Shown: piece after piece, positions 1 through 10,348 of the stretch
How the letters are laid out: each line of letters opens with the position of its first letter
Numbering within the stretch: position 1 is the first letter of the stretch
Source: Methanotrichaceae archaeon
GTDB lineage: Archaea; Halobacteriota; Methanosarcinia; Methanotrichales; Methanotrichaceae
Direction of reading: 5' to 3'
Length of the DNA: 64,000 bases
NCBI GenBank assembly: GCA_963754945.1
Contig: CAVWIG010000028.1
Span: 1 to 64,000, forward strand
Notes under the pieces: generated by a model
Told to the model about the DNA's origin: nothing
Database searches by the model: none
Seen by the model: only the letters and a program-made list of their open reading frames with translations
Translations under genes and position numbers: made by a program

Positions 1-191
1 TGCGAGGACGTGGATGAGGAGGGACCGGAGGGATAAGCTAGCGAGACAGGAGTTCAAGCAGCAAAGCCCTGAGCCGCGGCTGCTCTAAGTAAACAATAGC
101 TAGCGACATCTCATCTCCACACTGAAGACACTAGTATGCAGTACCAGGAGATGACCGAAGAGACGCGATTCCATGTTTGCATCATCTCTTT

Positions 192-302
192 TTAGTAGTT
201 CGACGTCGATGTCAGTGAAAGCAACCCTATCGCATACATCACTATCATAACGATAATTGCGATCGCTGTGCCCAAGACGAAAGCTTTTTCATGGTCTTCC
301 AT
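192..302 (-). CDS. Small single-TM hypothetical protein (36 aa, MEDHEKAFVLGTAIAIIVMIVMYAIGLLSLTSTSNY)
   Basis: Hand-translated ATG..TAA ORF below the track cutoff; one ~20-aa hydrophobic helix; among co-oriented short ORFs. Confidence 0.45.
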   Translation of the reverse strand: MEDHEKAFVLGTAIAIIVMIVMYAIGLLSLTSTSNY

Positions 303-319
303 TTTGACTACCAACACGA

Positions 320-532
320 TCAAACCCGTTCAGTTATTTCAAAGGTATAGGTAGTTTGGGTGGCTCGGCATAACACTGTTTCCGAATCATCTTTCTTGGT
401 CGCTAACTCTATCAGCTCTATGCGAGTTTTGGGACCATCATCACGAAGGTAGGCGCAATCTGCCGATGAAGTGCTCCAGTATGATCCCTGCACAATCTGC
501 CTAAGGCACGGCTGTTCCGGTTTCTGCACCAC
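320..532 (-). CDS. Hypothetical protein, 70 aa (mobile-element remnant region)
   Basis: ORF track; protein-like composition; ends 17 nt upstream of the 192-302 ORF on the same strand. Confidence 0.35.
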   Translation of the reverse strand: MVQKPEQPCLRQIVQGSYWSTSSADCAYLRDDGPKTRIELIELATKKDDSETVLCRATQTTYTFEITERV

Positions 533-786
533 TCCGTGGGACAGCAGCCTCCCTCAGCCTTTCCTGCCATTGTTTGAGAGGGCAAAATGCTACCAGTCGG
601 CACTACCTCGGCGAATGTGCCGGACATGGCGGCGAAAATCCGGCACTAAAACAGGTCTGTTCGGCAATCTGCACACTGCTAGTGGTTTGTTTGCGTGAGG
701 CACCACCTAGTGCCAGCTTTTTTGACCGAGAGTAGAACGCGACAGGGGCGCAACAACTATCTCGGAATAATTGAATTGAGGTAACT

Positions 787-939
787 ATGGCAAAATTATT
801 CGCAGCGTTTCCCGAGGGGACTACTTCGAAGGAGATCGTAGATTTCTGGATCGCCGAGATGGAAGAGGATCTTCTTACAAAGGACAAAAAGAAGAAAGAA
901 GAAGAAGAAGAAGCGAAGGACGCTGTGGTCAAGACATGA
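787..939 (+). CDS. Small charged hypothetical protein (50 aa, MAKLFAAFPEGTTSKEIVDFWIAEMEEDLLTKDKKKKEEEEEAKDAVVKT)
   Basis: GAGGT SD just upstream of ATG787; TGA 937-939; below track cutoff; explains the antisense shadow ORF 603-965. Confidence 0.6.
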   Translation: MAKLFAAFPEGTTSKEIVDFWIAEMEEDLLTKDKKKKEEEEEAKDAVVKT

Positions 940-1531
940 ACAAAAGCATCATCAAAAGACGCCAATTGTGAAAGTTTCTTTCAAAATCCGCCGCCGATCG
1001 CAGTGTGTTGGTGAAGAAGCAAAATCAAGTGGCAAGAGTTTCCACTTGAAATCAATGGATCACTCTGATCTAGTGATCACCACCGCTATCCCACCACATT
1101 CGCCGGTCGATAGCATTTTGCTGGCTTACGAACCTGTCTGGAGGAGTCGGAGCTGTGGAGATCGGCTTTCACTTGTTTAAAGCCGATCGGAGCAGCGACG
1201 CAGAACCTTCCTATTCTCTCACCCTGCCAGCTCCTAGATCGATCCACACGCCAGATCTTGGGGGTCGGTTCAGGGCAATTATTATTACCTAGGCTGGCAG
1301 AGAGTGCCTCTAGCGTCACTACACGCCCTCACAGTGCGCCTTCTCAGGGGCGACTCGCCCTCTGGGTTCAATCATTGCGAGATTGTGACGTTCTTGATCA
1401 GATTGTCATTTCCATTAAAACTGTTTCGACTCTAGTTCGAGATAGCCCACCTCCGTTCCTATTGTGACTAATCACAGACTATATGAAATAATTGACCTAC
1501 GTTACATATGTGATAGTCTATTACAGGTGGG

Positions 1532-1740
1532 ATGAGCGTGAATAATGTTTTGAAGATATTGATTGGAGTTGTCATTTTTTTGGTAGGAGTCTGGATGATG
1601 GTGAATCCAGCCTGGTATGGCCAGAACGGCTGGGTATATGGTCTGAACTGGTGGATCTATACCTTGGACATTATTAAAGGTGCCTGGGTCCTGTTCTGAT
1701 ATTAACAGGAATAATAGTGGTCTGGATATCCAAGATGTAG
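1532..1740 (+). pseudogene. Small membrane protein, frameshifted (MSVNNVLKILIGVVIFLVGVW...IIKGA / LGPVLILTGIIVVWISKM)
   Basis: AGGTGG SD then ATG1532; frame stops at 1699, but a -1 shift near 1684 continues a hydrophobic helix to TAG1740. Confidence 0.55.
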
Positions 1741-2895
1741 AGGCCGAGAAGCAGAGAGTAAGCAACCCAAGTGGGAAGAACCAATACAGTGAGGTTAAAC
1801 CTCAAACTGATGTTCAACCAACAACCTCTCAGAAGATCGCCGCCCTAACCGGTGTATCTAAGGCTACAATAGAGCGCGATGCTCAGTGGGTCAAGGCTGT
1901 TGATGAGATCAAGAAGGAGGAGCCTGGGTTGGCCAGCAAGATAATTGCTGGAACGGTCAAGGCGACCCAGCAAGAAGTCTTGGATCTGTCTGAGAAGTCG
2001 CGAGCCGAGAAGAAGGTTGTAGCCGAGAAGGTCTTTTTTGGAGCTACTAATCTGGCGGCGAAGAAGGCTGAGAAGCCCAAGGTCCATGTTCGTTATGCTG
2101 ATTACGACGAAAATGGTAGGTTCACACCACTCGATCGGAGGGCGGGAAGATAGAGGTGCGATGGGTTGCTAAGTGTGGTAAGGTAGGATATACGGCATTC
2201 GAAGGTTCTCTCGCTGCTCAAACAGACTTTGCCGAGTACTGTGGCGAGGTATGTAAGAGCGGCGAACCTGGATGCTGGAAGCCTGCTGACCCACCCAAAG
2301 ACCCACACTACACGGTGCCAGAGGGCGTTATCAAGTCCAGGATTGAGGGAAGATGGTACAGAGTCGCAGCCCCTGTGGAGATGAGTGCGAAGAGGACTAC
2401 GATTCGAAAGAGGGTGCCTACGCAGACCTCGTCAAGCACTGTGCCGACTGTCGTGAGAGAAGGGGCCGCTGCTGGATGTCTCTAATCGCGCCTGTGCCGC
2501 CAAAGGTGGTGTCTGGAGCCGCGCCAGGAGTTAAGGATAAGGAGAGAACAGAGATCAAGCCTGGGATCACGGGCAAGGAACCTGAGAAGGGCGAAATAAC
2601 GGCCGGAAAGCTGCTGGATGCTTGCCGGTACATTAGGGACCAGATCAAGGCAGATGGCAACAACGCCCAAAGGACAACTAAATTCGTGGCTGAGAAGGTC
2701 AAAGAAGACCAAAGGAATCTCACTAAGGCACTTACGAAGCTGTACGGACGGGCACCTAGTAGCAGTTCCGGTAAAGAGTGCTTCAAATATTGGAGCAAGG
2801 CCGTGCTGCCAAAGGTAGTGGCTGCGATAACCAAATTGGAGGCCAAGATCGCGCCTACCGCCTCAAGTGTTGGCAAAGCGAATGCGGATGCTTGA
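1740..2895 (+). pseudogene. 5'-truncated, frameshifted ParB-associated HTH protein with two Cys4 modules (track ORFs 1680-2153, 2156-2485, 2353-2895)
   Basis: EK..GKNQY...TSQKIAALTGVSKATIERD resembles the HTH region of viral/plasmid ParB-like proteins; three overlapping ORFs each offset by -1; duplicated CG..C..C..CW module. Confidence 0.5.
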
Positions 2896-3737
2896 GGTGT
2901 GGCCAATAAACTCGACGCAGTGGTTCGACCGCGATCGACTTGACTTCATGATCGGCCTGCATTTTTTATTTATAACAGTAAATATTTCGTCACGTCGCTT
3001 GAGATTGAGCCAGCATTTTCGCTAGTGGACAGCAATTTTGTGCTTCGAACGAACCCAGAACGAGGAGCGCTGTTTCGGGTGGTTTCTGAGCTGTGATATT
3101 TGGGGTTTGATTTTTGGTACCTAAAGCATTTTACATTTTGGTATTTTGATATTTATATTTATGTATACTTATATGGTTAGATTTCGGTATAGCCACACCA
3201 AACCCATTCTGTGCAACAAGGAGGCAAATTTCCTATATAAAATGACCTAAAAGGATAATTTATGATGTGTTTGTACAATAAAATCAATTTAGGTTTACTA
3301 AAGTGTACACAGATTGTTTTGGCAGTCAAGCATACGAACGAATACGGTATTCGTCACAAATCATCACTCCGACAGCGCGCCTTCTATAAAGTTCGCAGCG
3401 ACCGGCAAATAGACGGGTTATACCAGTAGGAATTTATCGTACATTGTCCGCTTAGTCGCTGACGTGCGCGTACCTCAACGTCGTTTATATAACGCTGTGC
3501 CTTAGGATTGTCTGGACTATACCAATTTAGCAAAAGAAATATATATCTAAAGTGAATGATGTTGGCATGTTGGAAAGGCATATTGTATAGCATATGCTTG
3601 GTTCCCCTCGAAGATGCCTATTCCATAACATTCTCTTCGGCGAATGCGGGATCGACTTTTCTGATTTATCAGGGAATTCAGCATCGCGTTGGGACGAACA
3701 AAAATCTAATTAACTATTAAACATAATAGTTACCGAC

Positions 3738-4070
3738 ATGGGAACAAAAAAGCCATTGCTTGCTGGTACACTTATTTCGGTACTTCTCTCCTTGGTGATG
3801 GTCGCATCCGCTTTTGTCCTGATCTATGCCCACCTTGAGGCCCTCGACAGAACCGACCCCGTGCAGATAGTCTCGGCCGTTCTGCTCATCGCTGCTATGG
3901 CGATGTTGATGCTCAGCACCAGCTCAAGGCTGAGCATGGTTGAGCTAGATCTAGAGACATCTCAGAGGGCCATGAGGATAGGGCTTCAGGGACTGGAAGG
4001 GAAGGTGGACAATGCCAACTTCAGGTACATGGCAGCAGTGGAGGATATATCCAAGAAGCTCTACAGGTAG
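3738..4070 (+). CDS. Hypothetical membrane protein (2 TM plus coiled coil), first gene of fen-dph2 unit
   Basis: Two hydrophobic helices; 6 nt upstream of fen. Confidence 0.75.
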   Translation: MGTKKPLLAGTLISVLLSLVMVASAFVLIYAHLEALDRTDPVQIVSAVLLIAAMAMLMLSTSSRLSMVELDLETSQRAMRIGLQGLEGKVDNANFRYMAAVEDISKKLYR

Positions 4071-4076
4071 CGTGAT

Positions 4077-5087
4077 ATGGGCGTAGACTTAGGAGATCTG
4101 CTGCAAAAGAAGAAGATAGAGATAAAGGATCTATCCGGCAGATGGGTGGCAGTGGATGCCTTCAACACCCTATACCAGTTCCTGAGCATAATCAGGCAAC
4201 GTGATGGGACGCCGCTCATGGACAGCTCGGGCAGGGTCACGTCTCACCTTTCTGGAATCCTCTACCGCACAACCAGCCTCATAGAAGCCGGAGTAAAGGT
4301 GGCCTACGTCTTCGATGGCCAGCCCCACCCCCTAAAGTCCGGTACCCTCCAGGAAAGGTCCGATGTAAGGGAGAAAGCAGCCGCTGCCTGGGAGGAGGCC
4401 AAGGCCGAGGGAGAAGACGGATTCAAGTATGCCCAGGCTGCATCGCGTCTCAATGCCGAGATTCTGGACGACTCAAAGCGTCTTATTCTATCGATGGGAC
4501 TTCCGATTATTCAAGCTCCCTCGGAAGGCGAGGCCCAAGCAGCCTACATGGCGGCCCGAGGAGACGTCTACATCGTGGGAAGCCAGGATTACGATTCTCT
4601 GCTGTTCGGTGCGCCCCGTGTGGTTCGCAACCTGGCCATAACAGGAAAGAGAAAGCTGCCCAGGAAGAACATCTACGTAGATGTGGAGCCGGAGGTCATG
4701 ATACTGGAGGACGAGCTAGCCCGCATGGGCATTGACCATAAGCAGCTTGTGGAAATAGGCATCATGTGCGGCACAGATTTCAACCCAGGATTACCTCGGG
4801 TAGGCCCAAAGACTGCTCTAAAGCTCATCAAAGAGAAAGGAAACCTTGAGGCAGTCCTGGACTCTCAGGGCGAGACCATTGCGAACTACGCAGAAATACG
4901 GGATTTATTCCTCCATCCGGATGTCACTGACGACTACACCATCAAGATGAGCAAGCCAAAGGTAGAAGAGGTGGTGTCTTTTCTCAGCGGGGAGAGAGAC
5001 TTCGACGAAGGACGCGTGGAGAAAACCGCTCATAGGCTTGAGGAGGCTTACAAGGTTGGCCAGTCCACCCTCGATCGATGGTTCTAG
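4077..5087 (+). CDS. fen: Flap endonuclease 1
   Basis: MGV start, [34 protein letters not shown]-terminal PIP box QSTLDRWF. Confidence 0.97.
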   Translation: MGVDLGDLLQKKKIEIKDLSGRWVAVDAFNTLYQFLSIIRQRDGTPLMDSSGRVTSHLSGILYRTTSLIEAGVKVAYVFDGQPHPLKSGTLQERSDVREKAAAAWEEAKAEGEDGFKYAQAASRLNAEILDDSKRLILSMGLPIIQAPSEGEAQAAYMAARGDVYIVGSQDYDSLLFGAPRVVRNLAITGKRKLPRKNIYVDVEPEVMILEDELARMGIDHKQLVEIGIMCGTDFNPGLPRVGPKTALKLIKEKGNLEAVLDSQGETIANYAEIRDLFLHPDVTDDYTIKMSKPKVEEVVSFLSGERDFDEGRVEKTAHRLEEAYKVGQSTLDRWF

Positions 5088-6060
5088 CCCTTTTGACCTG
5101 GACCTGAACAGAGCGGTCGCGCTAATTTGTCGCAGTGGAGCAAGGTTGGTTGGCCTTCAAGTTCCCGAAGGTCTAAAAAGGGCCGCTCCCAGCATCGCCA
5201 AACAGATCAGAGATCAAACGGGCGCAGAAGTCATAATCTCAGGCGATCCCTGCTACGGAGCCTGCGACATCGACATGGCCCTTTGTGGGGAAGTTGACAT
5301 AATGCTCCATCTAGGCCACTCCGAACTGGATGATGAGACCTCTGAGAAGGTCATCTTTTTAGAAGCCAGAATGTCTCGAGACCCGAAGGAAGCTGTGGAG
5401 AAGGCGATCCCGCACCTCAGATCCAAGAGGGTTGGAGTTACAACAACGGTTCAGCACGTCCATAAGCTTGACCGGATCATCGATGTCTTGAGGGGGCACG
5501 GAATCGAAGGACTTATAGGTCCAGCCGGTGGCCGGATCAAGCATCCTGGCCAGGTTCTGGGCTGCTGTTACAGTGCGGCCCGAGAGCTTGACCTGGACGA
5601 GTATCTTTTCATCGGCACGGGTCAGTTTCATCCCCTGGGAATCGCTCTGGCTACGGGCAAGAGGGTAGTAACCGCAGATCCAATTACCTGCGCTGTTTCG
5701 CTAATCGATCCTGATCCAATGCTCAGACGCAGATTTGGGGTCATTACCCGAGCCGCTGACGCAAAGAGGTTTGCTGTTCTCATCTCAAAGAAGCCGGGGC
5801 AGAGGCGAATGGAACTGGCAAGACGGATGAAGGATTTGGGCGAGGCCAGAGGATTGGAGATGATTTCTGTCTATCTGGATAACATCGAGCCGGACAGACT
5901 GCTGAACCTCGGAGTCGAGGCTGCCGTATCCACGGCCTGCCCCAGGATTGCGCTGGATGATGCAGCCAAATACATGATTCCCGTTCTTACGCCACAAGAG
6001 TTCGAGGTGCTTGTGGGTGAAAGAAGATGGGAAGAGTACGCCTTTGATGAAATAAAATAG
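5038..6060 (+). CDS. dph2: Diphthamide biosynthesis enzyme Dph2 (start uncertain)
   Basis: LQVPEGL, PCYGACD, GQVLGC, TACPRI motifs. Confidence 0.93.
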   Translation: MRRLTRLASPPSIDGSSPFDLDLNRAVALICRSGARLVGLQVPEGLKRAAPSIAKQIRDQTGAEVIISGDPCYGACDIDMALCGEVDIMLHLGHSELDDETSEKVIFLEARMSRDPKEAVEKAIPHLRSKRVGVTTTVQHVHKLDRIIDVLRGHGIEGLIGPAGGRIKHPGQVLGCCYSAARELDLDEYLFIGTGQFHPLGIALATGKRVVTADPITCAVSLIDPDPMLRRRFGVITRAADAKRFAVLISKKPGQRRMELARRMKDLGEARGLEMISVYLDNIEPDRLLNLGVEAAVSTACPRIALDDAAKYMIPVLTPQEFEVLVGERRWEEYAFDEIK

Positions 6061-6543
6061 CTACTCGTTATTTCTGGGTATGAATCTAGAATGCTTGAGG
6101 CACTTCTTATCTTAATGCTCTGGTTATGGATGACAATCCGGGGCCAACCACGAAGTCACATATCTAATGCTGGTTGATACCAACATAAAACGAACATTGC
6201 ATAAATACATTTTCGGCATAGATTATATAATTGTCGTCAGGATCATTTTCCTGTTATTATTTGTTGGCTCCTTTCCAGGCATAATTTAGAGAAAATGGCC
6301 TGCCTTAGGACGAGCAAACAACGTTATGCCCTTTCAGCGGCAGTCGACGGCCAGCTCGGGCCCTGACCATGCAGACTTGTGTAGCTGCCCTTTCCATGGA
6401 CGATTATGAGCGAGCCTACTTATGGCCTGTGGGCGGGCGGTCTCTTTAAACTCTTCAGCTTTCCGCAGAAGTAGAAAACGTTACTTCCATAAACTCGGTT
6501 AAATTGATATGCATCTAGCTCTGTATTGCATCGAGGGATTCAC

Positions 6544-7135
6544 ATGTATAAAGCTAAAACGTTCATGGTCCTGATTCTGTCTGCGATGGTCCTTTTCATG
6601 GTATCGGCCTTATGCAGTCCAGGAAAATAACACTACCTCAAAGGAAAAAATCTCCGCCTTAAACAATATGACAGTGAATAATACATACGCCAACAACACA
6701 GGTACGAACTTTACGGCTATCAACAACACCACCGCAACCGTCGTCAGTCAAAACATCACTGCCAAGAACAACACTTCATTGAACAGCGCAGCATTCAATG
6801 AGAATAATGTGACTGCAACGGAGAATAACACGTCCATCGAACAGAGGAACTCCTCAATGAAGGAACTGGGCAAGAATGAATCGAAGAGCAGTTACGACAT
6901 CGACAAGTACTCGACGATCAAACCACTGCACAACGTCAGCGCCTATTCCAACATCAAGGGTCCATTCGATGTCGGAGGTAATTCAGAATCAAGCACCCTT
7001 GGCATTGGCACGACAGCAAAACCCGGTTTAGATGTTTCAAAAAATGCCAGCACCGGGCACACCTTTGAACTGGGTCTCCCTTCCAAGCCCATTGTTGAAA
7101 CATCAAAATTTCCTTTCATGTGCAACATAGTCTGA
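6544..7135 (+). pseudogene. Secreted Asn/Thr-rich glycoprotein with frameshift right after its signal peptide
   Basis: GAGGG SD, ATG6544 signal peptide MYKAKTFMVLILSAMVLFMVSALCS stops at 6630; mature part QENNTTS...(many N-x-T/S) is in the frame of track ORF 6668-7135. Confidence 0.7.
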
Positions 7136-7227
7136 TCTCTTGAACAGCGTTGGAAAGTTGAAGTAGTTGGAACGGGATTGCCTCCCCTCTAACGAATGAT
7201 CAAAGTCATCTTTCCAAGTGCTATTTA

Positions 7228-7265
7228 TTAGGTAACATTTGTTAGGTAACATTTGTTAGGTAACC
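7228..7265. repeat. 14-bp tandem repeat TTAGGTAACATTTG x2.7
   Basis: Copies start at 7228, 7242 and 7256 (partial), between convergent genes. Confidence 0.85.
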
Positions 7266-7281
7266 TTACGGATCTAACCAT

Positions 7282-8490
7282 CTACCCTTTCGTGGCCAGC
7301 GTCAGGTTTCCATGGGGCATTATCAACACGCGGGCATTCTTACCATGGCGCTTATAAGCAGCAGTCATTGCCTCATCAAGAGTGGATGCAGGCTGAAAGA
7401 AGCACATTTCCGCTAACTCTCTCGGCAGAGAGGAGACCAGAATGATGTTGTGCTCCAGCGACTCCTTGGCCAGAAATGCTGCCTTATGTCCGCCAAACTC
7501 GTACTCTCGACCAAACCGCTCGATGCAATCCTCGGCGCACTCTGCTTCCCTGGCCCAACGCTCGAATACAGGATGGCCCAGCCCTTCGCTGCACTCGGCC
7601 AACAAGATTATGGTGCCCCCGGAGACTGCGGCCTCTTTGGCGTTGTCCAGGGCTTTCTGGGCCTGGAATAGGTTGATGTCCTTGGGCTGGCCGCCTGCGC
7701 AGGTGATGACTATCTCGGCAGGCAACACAATCTTTCTGTACATCCGATCAACTACAGCAGCACCAGCCCTGTGAGCTTTGATAAAGTCTCCTGCTACTGC
7801 CCGGACTACTTGTTTCTTGCTGTTCAGGACCACGTTGAGGATGAAATCAAGGCCCGCCACTCCAGCGGCATCCTCGAAATCCTGACGGACCGGGCTATCA
7901 AGACGGCCGGAAACTGCATTAGAGTCTCTCATCAGCTCGTGGTTAGCGTTGACGGAACGCTCAGAGCTGACACCGGGCAGGACCGCCTTGGCCCCACCGC
8001 TGTATCCAGCATAATAGTGATACTCTATGTTGCCCGTAGCGATGATAAGGTCGGTTGATGCCACCTCCTCGAAGATCTCTACAGGCGTCCCGCGGGTCGT
8101 CTGTCCCAGAGCAACGCACTTCTTGGGATTGTGCTGGAGATGAGGCATGTCAGAACAATCGCGCATAAGCAGCTTCTCCTCATCGGGAGTCATCCGACGG
8201 TGAGTCCCAAGGGCGAAGACGACCAACAAATCGTAAAAACCCAAGCCTTTGAGCTTCTTAGCCAAAGGAGCCAGCATCATGTAACTCGGCGACGGCCTTG
8301 TTATGTCGCTGACCAGAATGGACGCGGATCTGCCTCTTCCTCCGAAGTCAGCCAGGTCCTTGCCAAAGGTTTCATCCATGGCCCTTTCAATCTCGCCGCC
8401 GTCTGCTGCGGGCAGCTCTTCGGGCAATAAAATTCGGCTGTTCTCTGGCACCTCGAACTCCAACTCGCCAAGACCATACGCCAGCTTCAC
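7282..8490 (-). CDS. larA: LarA-family nickel-pincer-dependent racemase/epimerase
   Basis: DITRPSP, GTHR, HYYAGYSGGAKAVLPG, DINLFQAQKAL motifs. Confidence 0.9.
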   Translation of the reverse strand: MKLAYGLGELEFEVPENSRILLPEELPAADGGEIERAMDETFGKDLADFGGRGRSASILVSDITRPSPSYMMLAPLAKKLKGLGFYDLLVVFALGTHRRMTPDEEKLLMRDCSDMPHLQHNPKKCVALGQTTRGTPVEIFEEVASTDLIIATGNIEYHYYAGYSGGAKAVLPGVSSERSVNANHELMRDSNAVSGRLDSPVRQDFEDAAGVAGLDFILNVVLNSKKQVVRAVAGDFIKAHRAGAAVVDRMYRKIVLPAEIVITCAGGQPKDINLFQAQKALDNAKEAAVSGGTIILLAECSEGLGHPVFERWAREAECAEDCIERFGREYEFGGHKAAFLAKESLEHNIILVSSLPRELAEMCFFQPASTLDEAMTAAYKRHGKNARVLIMPHGNLTLATKG

Positions 8491-8492
8491 CT

Positions 8493-9356
8493 TCAGGCTC
8501 TCCAGATGGTGGCTTTGGCGTTCAGTTCGGAGAAGGCATCGAAGATGGGCTTGTCTGTCTTGAAGCTAAAGAAGTCGGCCCCTACGACGTTGCATGTGGC
8601 CTTGATCCTGGAGATGTGCTCCTCCAGCTTCTTTTTGTATTCCCCTCTCTGTTTCTCGCTGACCCTGGTTATCAGTGGCTGGTGGGTCTCCATGTCCACG
8701 AACCTGACATCTCCTCCGAACTTCATCTCTGCTTCGTCAGGAGCCATCAAATGAATCACTATCAGATCATGGGCTGACAGTCTGTAGATGCTGGAGACAA
8801 TGTCGTCAGTGTCTCCCAGGAAGTCAGAGATCATAACCACCAGGCTGGTCGACCTTATCAGATGATCGAACTGCTCTGAGACCTTCTTGAGGTCCGTTTC
8901 ACCCTGAGGAGAGGTCCGATCAAGCTCATCTATAGTCTGAAACAGGTACCTCCTGCCTCGCCTGGGCTCGCCGGGGTCCAGGTCCTCAGAGAACCGAGAA
9001 ATCACGTACTTCTCGTTCTCCAATGTGGCGATATAGGCAAAACCAGCAGCTATCTGGGAGGCATATTCGAACTTGCGGTCGTAGCCCATGCTTCCGCTGG
9101 CATCCAGAATGATATGGACAACTAAGCTATGCTCCTCCTCATGCTCTCGAACGTACAGCTTCTCGGTTCTGCCATAGGCCTTCCAGTCAACTATCTTGAA
9201 GTCGTCCCCCTGCCTGTACTCCCTGTACCCCACGGGTGTTATTCCTCTGCCGTAGCGCAAGGATTTCCTGCCTCCCGCGTATGTGGTGGAAACTCGCTTC
9301 TTGACCAGCAGGGCGAACCTTTCCAGCTCCTTGAAAAACTCAGTGTCCATGGCCAA
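8493..9356 (-). CDS. DUF58 / vWA-domain protein
   Basis: YREYRQGDDFKIVDWKAY, MIDAS-like LDASGSM, ISDFL. Confidence 0.92.
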   Translation of the reverse strand: MAMDTEFFKELERFALLVKKRVSTTYAGGRKSLRYGRGITPVGYREYRQGDDFKIVDWKAYGRTEKLYVREHEEEHSLVVHIILDASGSMGYDRKFEYASQIAAGFAYIATLENEKYVISRFSEDLDPGEPRRGRRYLFQTIDELDRTSPQGETDLKKVSEQFDHLIRSTSLVVMISDFLGDTDDIVSSIYRLSAHDLIVIHLMAPDEAEMKFGGDVRFVDMETHQPLITRVSEKQRGEYKKKLEEHISRIKATCNVVGADFFSFKTDKPIFDAFSELNAKATIWRA

Positions 9357-9391
9357 TCCAGGTTAACTTATTTTTTTGATCAGATCTTATA

Positions 9392-10348
9392 TCAGATTTT
9401 CATCTCTTTCAGTATGTCAGTTATGACCTGGTCAGGTGTTAGCCCCTTCCTTTCCGATTCGAAACTCAGGATAATACGGTGCCTGAGGATGGGGTAGGAC
9501 ATAACATGCAGGTCCTCGGCAGAAACGTAGTTTCGGCCAAGAAGAAAGGCCCTGGCTTTGGATGTCAGGATAAGGCCTATTGATGCCCTGGGGCTCGCCC
9601 CATACTGTACTCCCTCGCGAGACCTGGTAGTCAGCACCAGCTTTACAGCCTCTTTCTTTAAGTCATCGGATATGGGTATATCTCGGCATAGCTGCTGTAG
9701 GGTCAGGATCTCCTCTTTTGTTACCACCCTCTGCGCCTGCGGCTCGGAGTTTCCTGTGTACCGATCCATTATCTTAAGTTCGTCATCGAAGGATGGGTAC
9801 TCCATGAAGATCTTAAGTAGAAAACGGTCAAGCTGGGCCTCGGGAAGAGGAAATGTACCCTCCATCTCGATAGGGTTCTGGGTGGCCAAGACAAAGAAGG
9901 GCTTTTCTAGTTGATAGGTGTTATTGCCTACTGTTACTTGTTTCTCCTGCATGGCCTCAAGCATTGCGCTCTGGGTCTTGGGCGAGGCTCGGTTGATCTC
10001 ATCGGCTAGGACTATGTTGGCAAAGACCGGGCCGGGCTGGAATCTGAACTGTTTACTTCCGTCCGTTTCCTCGATTATGGTAGTGCCGGTTATGTCCGCT
10101 GGCATCAGATCTGGGGTACACTGTATTCGAGAAAAGCTCAAACCCATGGACATGGCAGTAGTCTTTATGAGCAACGTCTTGGCTAGACCCGGGTTGCTCT
10201 CAAGAAGGGCATGGCCACCTGCGAGGATGGCGATCATGAGCTGCTCGATAGCCACCTTCTGGCCGACCATCACCTTGTCAACTTCTTGCCTTAGCTTCTG
10301 GAAGATTTCAGGCGCTCGGGCGTAAATTGCTTTAAGATCCTCTGTCAT
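9392..10348 (-). CDS. MoxR-family AAA+ ATPase
   Basis: PGLAKT, RIQCTPDLMPADITG, DEINRA, ATQNPIEMEGTFPLPEAQLDRF. Confidence 0.95.
   Translation of the reverse strand: MTEDLKAIYARAPEIFQKLRQEVDKVMVGQKVAIEQLMIAILAGGHALLESNPGLAKTLLIKTTAMSMGLSFSRIQCTPDLMPADITGTTIIEETDGSKQFRFQPGPVFANIVLADEINRASPKTQSAMLEAMQEKQVTVGNNTYQLEKPFFVLATQNPIEMEGTFPLPEAQLDRFLLKIFMEYPSFDDELKIMDRYTGNSEPQAQRVVTKEEILTLQQLCRDIPISDDLKKEAVKLVLTTRSREGVQYGASPRASIGLILTSKARAFLLGRNYVSAEDLHVMSYPILRHRIILSFESERKGLTPDQVITDILKEMKI

Noticed and set aside
2896-3737. AT-rich spacer as replication origin
   Set aside because: No ORB-like repeats or adjacent cdc6; only two short TGTACA palindromes (3271, 3303)
6300-6470. GC-rich intergenic patch as ncRNA
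   Set aside because: No convincing long stems, promoter or family motif seen by eye
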